NCBI GenBank assembly: GCA_963720835.1
Contig: CAVRHC010000007.1
Coordinates: 109,177-173,176 of the forward strand
DNA length: 64,000 bases
Origin: an uncultured Pseudomonadota bacterium
Lineage (GTDB): Bacteria; Pseudomonadota; Alphaproteobacteria; Rhizobiales; Xanthobacteraceae
Direction of reading: 5' to 3'
The notes beneath the pieces are model-generated. The model ran no database searches, was not told where the DNA came from, and was given only the letters and a program-made list of their open reading frames with translations. This document shows, in pieces, positions 30,278 to 38,182 of the stretch. Positions within the stretch are counted from its first letter, which is position 1. Each line of letters opens with the position of its first letter. The position numbers and the translations under genes are program-made.

Positions 30278-32280
30278 CGGTGGCGTACGCGCTTTACGGC
30301 GTTGCCGCGTTGTTGGCGCTTGCGCCAATCGCGCTCGTCTTGGCACGCTCGCCCAGTGCCAGCGGCGTTGTCTATGGTGCGAGCCTGGTCGTGTCGTTGG
30401 CGCTTGGCGCGATTTCGCTGGTGAGCCTATTCAACGAACAGACGTCCACCATTGTCCTGCCGCTCGGCCTGCCGTGGCTGGGCGCTCATTTTCGCATCGA
30501 TGCGCTTGCCGCTTTTTTCCTCGTCGTCGTGAATCTCGGCGGCGCGGCGGCGAGCCTGTTTGCGCTCGGCTATGGCCGCCACGAAGAGACGCCGCAACGT
30601 GTGTTGCCCTTCTATCCCGTATATTTGGCGGCGATGAATCTCGTCGTCATGGCCGACGACGCGTTCAGCTTTCTGGTGGCGTGGGAGTTCATGTCGCTCT
30701 CGTCCTGGGCGCTTGTGATCTCGCATCACCAAGATCGCGAGAATGTGCGTGCCGGTTACGTTTATCTCTTGATGGCGAGCTTCGGCACGCTGGCGCTGCT
30801 GCTTGCCTTCGGGCTCCTGGCTGGCGCTGACGGCAACTACGCTTTCACCAGCATGCGCGAGTCTCATCCTTCCGCCGAACTCGCCGCGCTGGTGCTAATC
30901 CTCGCCGTTGTCGGTGCCGGTTCTAAATCCGGCGTGGTGCCGCTGCATGCCTGGCTGCCGCTCGCGCACCCGGCCGCGCCCAGCCATGTCTCCGCGCTGA
31001 TGAGCGGTGTGATGACCAAAGTCGCGGTCTACGGCTTCGTGCGCATCGTGTTTGATCTGCTCGGCACCCCGGACTGGTGGTGGAGCATGGTGGTGCTGGG
31101 CGTCGGCGGTATCACTGCGGTGATGGGCGTGCTGTACGCGCTGATGCAGAATGACATCAAGCGTGTGCTCGCTTACAGCACTATCGAGAACATCGGTATT
31201 ATTTACTCCGCGCTTGGGCTTGCCCTCGCATTCAAGGCCGAAGGCCTTTCGTTGGCTGCGGCGCTTGCGCTGACCGCCGGCCTGTTTCATGTGTTCAATC
31301 ACTCGCTCTTCAAGAGCCTGCTGTTTTTCGGCGCCGGCAACGTGCTCAACGCGACCGGCGAACGCGATATGGAGAAGCTGGGCGGGCTCATCCATCGCAT
31401 GCCGAAAACGAGCTTCGTGTTTCTGGTCGGCTGTGTGGCGATTTCGGCGCTACCGCCGTTCAACGGCTTCGTCTCGGAGTGGTTGACTTTCCAAGCCGTC
31501 TTGCTCAGCCCGCAAATTCCGTCCTGGGGCTTGAAGCTTCTGGTGCCGACGGTTGGTGCGCTTCTCGCTCTGTCGGCGGCGCTTGCGGCGGCGTGTTTCG
31601 TTCGTGCCTTCGGCATCACATTCCTTGGCCGGCCACGCACTGCCGCGGCGGGTAGGGCGCAGGAAAGCGATCGGTTTTCGCTGGCTGCGATGTACATCTT
31701 TGCTGCGCTGTGTCTGCTCGCCGGGATTTTCCCCGGTGTCTTCATCGATGCGCTGGCGCCGGTGTCGACGGCGCTCATTGGTGCGGCAATGCCGCATCAA
31801 ACAAACGTCGCATGGCTCTCGATCGTGCCGATCGCCGAGAGCCGCAGCTCTTATAATGGGCTCCTGGTCTTTCTCTTTGTGGTCGCCTCGGGTTCGATCG
31901 GCGCCTTCGTCATCCACCGCCTGGCCTCCGATCGACTGCGTCGGGGGCCAGCCTGGGATTGCGGCTATCCCGATCCAAGCCCGGCCACGCAATATACAGC
32001 GTCGAGCTTTGCCCAGCCGATCCGCCGCGTTTTCGGCACAGTAATTTTTCGCGTGCGCGAGATCGGCGCGATGCCGCCGCCAGGCTCGAGTGTGTCGGCC
32101 AAACTGACGGTCGAGGTCCATGATCAGATCTGGGAGGTGCTCTACGCGCCGATTTCCAATCTCATTGCTTTAACCGCCGAACGGCTCAACGTGCTCCAGT
32201 TTCTCACCATCCGCAGCTACCTGACCCTGGTGTTTGCTGCGCTCATCGTGTTGCTGCTCGTGTTGGCGATCTGGCCATGA
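30274..32280 (+). CDS. Ehr/hydrogenase-4 subunit B-like antiporter-type membrane subunit (NuoL/HyfB family)
   Basis: 668-aa polytopic protein with Mrp/NuoL-type motifs (WEFMSLSSW, GSKSGVVPLHAWLPLAHPAAPSHVSALMSG). Confidence 0.9.
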   Translation: MTVAYALYGVAALLALAPIALVLARSPSASGVVYGASLVVSLALGAISLVSLFNEQTSTIVLPLGLPWLGAHFRIDALAAFFLVVVNLGGAAASLFALGYGRHEETPQRVLPFYPVYLAAMNLVVMADDAFSFLVAWEFMSLSSWALVISHHQDRENVRAGYVYLLMASFGTLALLLAFGLLAGADGNYAFTSMRESHPSAELAALVLILAVVGAGSKSGVVPLHAWLPLAHPAAPSHVSALMSGVMTKVAVYGFVRIVFDLLGTPDWWWSMVVLGVGGITAVMGVLYALMQNDIKRVLAYSTIENIGIIYSALGLALAFKAEGLSLAAALALTAGLFHVFNHSLFKSLLFFGAGNVLNATGERDMEKLGGLIHRMPKTSFVFLVGCVAISALPPFNGFVSEWLTFQAVLLSPQIPSWGLKLLVPTVGALLALSAALAAACFVRAFGITFLGRPRTAAAGRAQESDRFSLAAMYIFAALCLLAGIFPGVFIDALAPVSTALIGAAMPHQTNVAWLSIVPIAESRSSYNGLLVFLFVVASGSIGAFVIHRLASDRLRRGPAWDCGYPDPSPATQYTASSFAQPIRRVFGTVIFRVREIGAMPPPGSSVSAKLTVEVHDQIWEVLYAPISNLIALTAERLNVLQFLTIRSYLTLVFAALIVLLLVLAIWP

Positions 32281-33227
32281 TCCGTGATTTGGCGTTGCAG
32301 GGAGGTGAGATGACGCTGGTGCTGTTGCTCAGCCCGCTGCTGACTGGATTCGTGCGCAAGGTGAAAGCCCGACTGTTGCGGCGGCAGGGGCCGCCGCTGT
32401 TGCAGCCCTATCGCGACCTCATCCGGTTGATGCGCAAGGATGTCGTGCTGGCCGAGAGCGCTTCGTGGCTGTTTCGCGTCATTCCATACATTATCTTCGG
32501 AGGGACTTGGGTTGCTGCTTCGCTCGTTCCGACCTTCCGTGGCGGTTTGCTGTTTTCCTGGTCGGCCGATCTCATCGCCATCATCGCGTTGCTCGGTAGC
32601 GCACGTTTTTTTCTCGCGCTCGCCGGTCTCGATGTCGGCACCAGCTTCGGCGGCATCGGTTCGAGCCGCGAGGTGATGATCGCCTCGCTCGCCGAGCCCG
32701 CGATGCTGATGATTGTTTTTGCCATCGCCTTGATCGCGGGCTCGACTCAACTTTCGACCATGGCGGCCTTTATGGCGTCGCCGCAGGTCGGCTTGCGCGT
32801 ATCGCTCGGGCTCGGGCTGATCGCGCTGATTATGGTGGCGATCGCGGAGAACGCGCGTATCCCAGTCGACAACCCGGCGACGCATCTTGAACTCACCATG
32901 GTGCACGAAGCTATGGTGCTCGAATATTCGGGCCGGCATCTGGCGTTGATCGAATTGTCCGCCTTTCTCAAACTGCTGCTCTACGTCTCGCTGATCGCAT
33001 GCCTGTTCGCGCCCTGGAGCACGGCGCGGCCTGACGCCGCGCCACAGGAGCTTGTCGTCGGCGTTGCGGCTTATGTCGTCAAACTCGCAGTCGGCGGCTT
33101 TCTGCTCGCTGTGTTCGAAACGTCGATCGCCAAGATGCGGGTTTTCCGCGTGCCGCAATTCCTCGGCGCCGCCTTGATGCTTGGCGTTGCTCGCGACGCT
33201 GCTGCTTTCGTGTCGGGGAGCTTCTAG
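32277..33227 (+). CDS. NuoH/HycD/HyfC-like membrane subunit
   Basis: 316-aa polytopic protein with the N-terminal KARLLRRQGPPLLQPYRDL motif typical of HycD/NuoH. It overlaps the upstream stop. Confidence 0.85.
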   Translation: MIRDLALQGGEMTLVLLLSPLLTGFVRKVKARLLRRQGPPLLQPYRDLIRLMRKDVVLAESASWLFRVIPYIIFGGTWVAASLVPTFRGGLLFSWSADLIAIIALLGSARFFLALAGLDVGTSFGGIGSSREVMIASLAEPAMLMIVFAIALIAGSTQLSTMAAFMASPQVGLRVSLGLGLIALIMVAIAENARIPVDNPATHLELTMVHEAMVLEYSGRHLALIELSAFLKLLLYVSLIACLFAPWSTARPDAAPQELVVGVAAYVVKLAVGGFLLAVFETSIAKMRVFRVPQFLGAALMLGVARDAAAFVSGSF

Positions 33228-33230
33228 CCG

Positions 33231-33893
33231 ATGCACGGACTTGAGTTCGATATTGCTCACCTGCTTGCCGGCTCTCTCGTGCTGGCGTCATTCCTGTTGC
33301 TTTATCAGGACCGACTCTACGCACTGCTAAACGTGTATGCGTTGCACGCCGTAGTACTCGCGGCTTCGGTCACCTGGCAGGCTTTCATACAGGATGCGCC
33401 GCATCTTTATATTACGGCTGCCATCGCACTCGGCTTCAAGGCCATCATCATTCCGGTAGCGCTCCACCGGATCATCGTGCGCCTCGGCATCCACCGCCAG
33501 ATCGAGACTGTGGTCGGCGTCGGTCCGGCGATGTTGCTCGGCATAGGCCTCGTTGCGTTGTCCATGGTGGTGATGCTGCGGGTGACGGTGGACGCCGATC
33601 CGCTCGCGCGTGAGGACCTCGCTTTCGCGCTTTCTGTCGTGCTGCTCGGTTTGCTGATCATGGTGACGCGGCGCAATGCGGTCAGCCAGGTGATCGGCTT
33701 CATGTCGCTCGAGAACGGCCTGGTGCTTGCCGCGACCGGCGCCAAGGGCATGCCGCTGGTGGTTGAAATCAGTGTCGCCTTTTCGGTGCTGATCGCCTTC
33801 ATCGTCATCGGCATCTTCCTGTTCCGAATTCGGGAAAGGTTCGACACCGTCGACCTGCACGCGCTCGATAAATTCCGTGGAGAGCGCCGATGA
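33231..33893 (+). CDS. HyfE-like (NuoK-related) membrane subunit
   Basis: 220 aa with a C-terminal GFMSLENGLVLAA motif characteristic of hydrogenase-4 component E. Confidence 0.8.
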   Translation: MHGLEFDIAHLLAGSLVLASFLLLYQDRLYALLNVYALHAVVLAASVTWQAFIQDAPHLYITAAIALGFKAIIIPVALHRIIVRLGIHRQIETVVGVGPAMLLGIGLVALSMVVMLRVTVDADPLAREDLAFALSVVLLGLLIMVTRRNAVSQVIGFMSLENGLVLAATGAKGMPLVVEISVAFSVLIAFIVIGIFLFRIRERFDTVDLHALDKFRGERR

Positions 33894-35329
33894 CGATCGA
33901 CGCGCTGACCGGCGTCTTGTTGATCCCTGCGGCCGCGGCCGCGCTGCTGGCCGTGCTGCCCGGCTATCGGCTGACCGCGCGGCTTAACGTGCTGGCGACG
34001 CTGGCGACGTTTCTCACAGCGGTGTCTCTGTTCTTCGTCGAGCCAAAGTCCGGCTCCTATTTGCTGGTGGACGATCTCAATAAGGTCTTCATCGTGTTGA
34101 CGACCTTCGTCGGCTTCACCACCAGCGCTTTCAGCGCAAGCTATATCAGCCACGAGATCGAAACGGGCAAGTTGACGCCGACTTTCGTGCGCTTTTATCA
34201 CGCTATGTACCAGGCGTTGATGTTCGCCATGAATCTCGCGCTGGTCGCCAACAATATCGGGCTGATGTGGGTGGCGATCGAGATGGCGACGCTGACCACC
34301 GTGCTGATGGTCGGCATCTACCGGACGCACGAGGCACTGGAAGCGGCCTGGAAATATTTCATCCTCGGCAGCGTCGGCATCGCGCTCGCCTTGTTCGGCA
34401 CCATTCTCGTCTATATGGCGGCACGGCCGGTGATCGGCGAGGGCCTCGACGCCATGGTGTGGACGGTGCTGATCAAGCGTGCCGACAGTTTCGACGCAGC
34501 GCTGCTCAATGTCGCCTTCGTATTTCTGCTGCTCGGCTACGGCACCAAAGTAGGACTGGCGCCGCTGCATGCATGGTTGCCCGACGCCCATGCCGAAGGC
34601 CCGACGCCCATCTCTGCGGTGCTCTCCGGCCTGCTGCTTAACGTCGCGCTCTATGCGCTGCTGCGCTTCAAAATGTTGCTGGCACTCAATCCGGCAGCGA
34701 TTGCGCCGGGCCCGCTGATGGTGACGATGGGGCTCATCTCCTGTGTGTTCGCCGCGTTCATGTTGTACCGCCGGCGCGACATCAAGCGACTGTTCGCCTA
34801 TTCCTCGATCGAACACATGGGCATCATCGTATTCGCCTTTGGCATGGGCGGACCGCTCGCCAATTTTGCCGGCCTCCTGCACATGACCATGCACTCGCTC
34901 ACCAAATCGGCGATCTTCTTTGCGGTCGGTCACATCTCTCAAGTCAAAGGCACGCAGAAGATTGCCGACATGGGCGGCCTGACGGTAAGCAATCCGGTGC
35001 TTGGTTGGGGCCTAGTACTGGGCGTGGTGGCGATTGCCGGCCTGCCGCCGCTCGGAATTTTCATGAGCGAATTTCTTGTGGTGAGCTCGACCTTTGCGCG
35101 TCAGCCTTGGCTCGCAATCATTCTGGTGTTCGGAATCTTGATTGCGCTCGGCGGCTTGTTCTATCGCCTCAACACCGTGGCCTTCGGCGAGCCACGCGGA
35201 TCGACGGCGCCGACGCATGCTTCCTACGTGCCGATGTTCGCCCATCTCGCGATCGTTTTTGTCGCGGGCTTTTATATGCCGCCGGCGTTGGTTCTCGGCT
35301 TCGAGAACGTCGCCAAGTTGCTAGGATAA
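33890..35329 (+). CDS. NuoN/HyfF-like antiporter-type membrane subunit
   Basis: 479 aa with GTKVGLAPLHAWLPDAHAEGPTPISAVLSG. ATGA overlap with the upstream gene. Confidence 0.9.
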   Translation: MTIDALTGVLLIPAAAAALLAVLPGYRLTARLNVLATLATFLTAVSLFFVEPKSGSYLLVDDLNKVFIVLTTFVGFTTSAFSASYISHEIETGKLTPTFVRFYHAMYQALMFAMNLALVANNIGLMWVAIEMATLTTVLMVGIYRTHEALEAAWKYFILGSVGIALALFGTILVYMAARPVIGEGLDAMVWTVLIKRADSFDAALLNVAFVFLLLGYGTKVGLAPLHAWLPDAHAEGPTPISAVLSGLLLNVALYALLRFKMLLALNPAAIAPGPLMVTMGLISCVFAAFMLYRRRDIKRLFAYSSIEHMGIIVFAFGMGGPLANFAGLLHMTMHSLTKSAIFFAVGHISQVKGTQKIADMGGLTVSNPVLGWGLVLGVVAIAGLPPLGIFMSEFLVVSSTFARQPWLAIILVFGILIALGGLFYRLNTVAFGEPRGSTAPTHASYVPMFAHLAIVFVAGFYMPPALVLGFENVAKLLG

Positions 35330-35334
35330 CGCCC

Positions 35335-36843
35335 ATGGCTTTGTTCAACGACATAAAGCATCGCGAGTATGCCAAGGCGCATCGGCCTTGGCCGCGGCTC
35401 ATTGTCGGCGACGAGGGTTGGAAGCAGGCGATCGATCTGTTGACGAGCGGGCGCTGCACGCTGCTCGGGCTTTGGGGTGATGCGCCCGATGTGCACATGG
35501 CACTGCTTGATGAAACCGCAGGCGACATTGCGGTGATCAGTTACGCTTGCGTCAACGGAAATTTTCCGAGCGTTGCCGCGCACCATCCGCCCGCGATCCG
35601 GCTTGAGCGCGCAATCCGCGATCTGTTCGGCCTCGAAGCGCTGGGCGCGCCCGATGCGCGGACCTGGCTCGACCTCGGCTTCTGGGATGTGCGGCATCCG
35701 CTCGGCAAGAAAAAGCGCGCGCAAAAACCGGCGCCTTACGAATTCTTGCCGGTGGAAGGCGAGGGGCTGCACCAGATTCCGGTCGGCCCCGTGCATGCCG
35801 GCATCATCGAGCCGGGGCATTTCCGTTTCACCGCCAATGGCGAATTCGTGGTGCGGCTGGAGCAGAGGCTCGGCTACGTGCACAAGGGCATCGAGTCCCT
35901 GATGGCCGGATCGACGTTGAGCGAAGCGGCCAAGCTCGCGGGCCGTACCTCCGGCGACAGCACCGTCGCTTACTCATATGCCTTTGCGCAGGCGGCCGAA
36001 GCGGCCTTGCAGGTGGACGTGCCGCCGCGCGCGGTCTACCTGCGCGCGTTGATGGCGGAGCTCGAGCGGCTCGCCAACCATTTCGGCGATATCGGCGCGA
36101 TCTGCAACGATGCTTCCTTTGCGCTGATGCATGCGCAAACAGGTATCCTGCGCGAACGCGTCCTGCGCGCGGCGCAGTTGTGTTTCGGCCACCGGCTAAT
36201 GATGGATGTGATCGTGCCAGGCGGCCTCGCGCGCGATCTTGCGCCGGACGGTGAAAAGGCATTGCGCGATTTGCTGTTCGAGGTACGCAAGGTTTTCCCG
36301 CGGCTGATCGAGCTTTACGACAAAACGGCATCTCTACAGGACCGCACGGTCACCACAGGCATCGCAAAACCGGACTATGTGCGCCAGTTCGGCGCCGGCG
36401 GCTATGTCGGCCGTGCCTCCGGCCGCGCATTCGATGCGCGTCGAAACCTCAACTATGCGCCGTACAACGATCTCAAATTCGAGGTGCCGGTACTGGACGC
36501 CGGCGACGTCAATGCCCGCGTCTGGATCCGCATCCGCGAGGTGGAGCAGAGCCTTGGGCTGATCGAGCAGATCCTCAGCCGCCTGCCGGACGGCAAGACT
36601 GACACGCCGATTAAAGCGAGCGGGCGAATCAGTGAAGGAGCGGCGCTGGTGGAAGCCTTCCGTGGTGACGTCTTGGTTTGGCTGCGGCTCGACGGCAAGG
36701 GGCGCGTGGCGCGCTGCCACTTGCGCGATGCGTCCTGGTTTCAATGGCCGCTCTTGGAGACCGCAATCGAAGACAACATCGTCGCGGATTTTCCGCTCTG
36801 CAACAAGTCGTTCAATTGTTCGTATTCGGGGCACGACCTCTGA
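35335..36843 (+). CDS. NuoC-NuoD fusion / HycE-like large subunit lacking the NiFe cysteine ligands
   Basis: VGPVHAGIIEPGHFRF and RLGYVHKGIE are typical of group-4 hydrogenase large subunits. Where RxCGxCxxxH is expected the sequence reads RTSGDSTVAY, and where DPCxxCxxR is expected it reads NCSYSGHDL followed by the stop. Confidence 0.9.
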   Translation: MALFNDIKHREYAKAHRPWPRLIVGDEGWKQAIDLLTSGRCTLLGLWGDAPDVHMALLDETAGDIAVISYACVNGNFPSVAAHHPPAIRLERAIRDLFGLEALGAPDARTWLDLGFWDVRHPLGKKKRAQKPAPYEFLPVEGEGLHQIPVGPVHAGIIEPGHFRFTANGEFVVRLEQRLGYVHKGIESLMAGSTLSEAAKLAGRTSGDSTVAYSYAFAQAAEAALQVDVPPRAVYLRALMAELERLANHFGDIGAICNDASFALMHAQTGILRERVLRAAQLCFGHRLMMDVIVPGGLARDLAPDGEKALRDLLFEVRKVFPRLIELYDKTASLQDRTVTTGIAKPDYVRQFGAGGYVGRASGRAFDARRNLNYAPYNDLKFEVPVLDAGDVNARVWIRIREVEQSLGLIEQILSRLPDGKTDTPIKASGRISEGAALVEAFRGDVLVWLRLDGKGRVARCHLRDASWFQWPLLETAIEDNIVADFPLCNKSFNCSYSGHDL

Positions 36844-37352
36844 TGCGCCGAATCCTGTTGCAAAGCCTCACGCGCGGTCCGCTCACGGAAGCCGCACCTG
36901 CGCCGGACGAGGCGGCGCTGGCGGAACTCGCCAAGAGCGTCGACCGCGTCGCGCGCGCCAGACTCGGCCGCTCGCTCTCCATTCGCCAGGTTGATGCCGG
37001 CTCCTGCAACGGCTGCGAACTGGAAATCCACGCACTCAGCAATGCCTTCTATGACCTCGAACGCTTTGGTTTTCATTTCGTCGCATCGCCGCGCCATGCC
37101 GACGTCCTGATGGTGACCGGTCCTGTGACCAAGAACATGCGCGAGGCGCTCGAGCGCACTTACAACGCGACGCCCGATCCGAAATGGGTGGTGGCCGTCG
37201 GTGGTTGCGCCGCCGACGGTGGCGCGTTTGCCGGCAGCTATGCGGTGGTCGGTGGCGTGAAAGACGTCATTCCAGTCGATTTGCACATTCGCGGCTGTCC
37301 ACCAACGCCGACCGATCTTCTCAGAGGGCTGCTCGCGCTGCTGACCGTTTGA
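36843..37352 (+). CDS. NuoB/HycG-like small subunit with intact 4-Cys [4Fe-4S] motif
   Basis: GSCNGCE, GGCA and GCPP cysteine motifs. The ATG overlaps the large-subunit stop by 1 nt. Confidence 0.9.
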   Translation: MRRILLQSLTRGPLTEAAPAPDEAALAELAKSVDRVARARLGRSLSIRQVDAGSCNGCELEIHALSNAFYDLERFGFHFVASPRHADVLMVTGPVTKNMREALERTYNATPDPKWVVAVGGCAADGGAFAGSYAVVGGVKDVIPVDLHIRGCPPTPTDLLRGLLALLTV

Positions 37353-37499
37353 TTAAACGCTGCATTTCTAAAGCTCGTCACGTGTGAAATCAGGTATCGC
37401 GTGGCCGCGGTATGAGTTTTCAATAATCATCGATCGAGCCTCAGCCGCACACCGGGCATTCACGACGGCATCGCTTCTGGAGAGTGGTGCTTCGTCGCT

Positions 37500-37527
37500 T
37501 TGACAATATTTGAGTCGCAGCTAGAAT
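37500..37527 (+). promoter_or_regulatory. sigma-70-like promoter upstream of the flavin reductase gene
   Basis: TTGACA (37500-37505), a 16-nt spacer, then TAGAAT (37522-37527). It is followed by the inverted repeat ATCATT-gaa-AATGAT (37526-37540). Confidence 0.4.
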
Positions 37528-37582
37528 CATTGAAAATGATGCCTTTATAAGGCACGCGCGCCAACGAGATGGAGAAACGGCC

Positions 37583-38092
37583 ATGAGCGCTATGGAAGCT
37601 CTTAGCGATGCTGTCGGCGCCGATTTCCGCGCCACGATGCGCCGGTTCCCCGCCACCGTGACCATCGTGACCGCCAATGACGGGACACGCGATCACGGCA
37701 TGACCGTATCGTCCGTCACGTCGGTATCAATGTCGCCGCCTTCTCTGATGGTCTGTCTGAACAATCGGACGCTGCTGCACGAAATGCTGCTGAGTCAGGC
37801 GAATTTCGCCGTCAACGTGCTCAGCCACGAGCATATGAGCTTGTCGGACGCCTTCAGCGGCCGCGTTGATCCGGAGGTTCGCTTCGCCGCAGGTGGTTGG
37901 GAGCGCGACGAGTTGGGCATGATGGTGCTGCCCTCGGCGCATGCCGTTGTGGTGTGTCGGCGGATGGCCGCTGTGCCCTATGGCACCCACACTATTTTCG
38001 TCGGCCAAGTCACGCGGGCGCGTGTCGATGACCGCACGCGACCGCTGCTATATGCCGAGGCCGCGTATTGCATTTCTCATCCTGCCACTTGA
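37583..38092 (+). CDS. flavin reductase (HpaC/HsaB-type NAD(P)H:flavin oxidoreductase component)
   Basis: 169 aa with FRATMRRFPATVTIVT...GMTVSSVTSVSMSPPSLMVCLN, typical of the flavin_reduct domain. Confidence 0.85.
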   Translation: MSAMEALSDAVGADFRATMRRFPATVTIVTANDGTRDHGMTVSSVTSVSMSPPSLMVCLNNRTLLHEMLLSQANFAVNVLSHEHMSLSDAFSGRVDPEVRFAAGGWERDELGMMVLPSAHAVVVCRRMAAVPYGTHTIFVGQVTRARVDDRTRPLLYAEAAYCISHPAT

Positions 38093-38141
38093 CGGACCGC
38101 GCTGTTAAGCGGCTGTCGCGCCGTTAGGGCCTTTGCCGAAG

Positions 38142-38173
38142 AAAAAATGGCCGGGGGGAGGAACCCGGCCATT
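38142..38173 (-). terminator. rho-independent terminator of the monooxygenase gene
   Basis: On the minus strand, AATGGCCGGG ... CCCGGCCATT forms a 10-bp stem followed by TTTTTT, 10 nt after the stop at 38183. Confidence 0.6.
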
Positions 38174-38182
38174 GTCCGCAAT

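Noticed and set aside
33407-34942. 511-aa minus-strand ORF
   Set aside because: It is antisense to the HyfE-like and HyfF-like membrane subunit genes. The highly charged product has no motifs.
30274-37352. Annotating the cluster as a functional formate hydrogenlyase / hydrogenase-4 (hyfBCEFGI)
   Set aside because: The large subunit lacks both CxxC NiFe motifs (RTSGDS and NCSYSG instead). There is no HycF/HyfH ferredoxin subunit, no formate dehydrogenase, no hyp genes and no maturation protease in the window. An Ehr-type complex is the supportable call.
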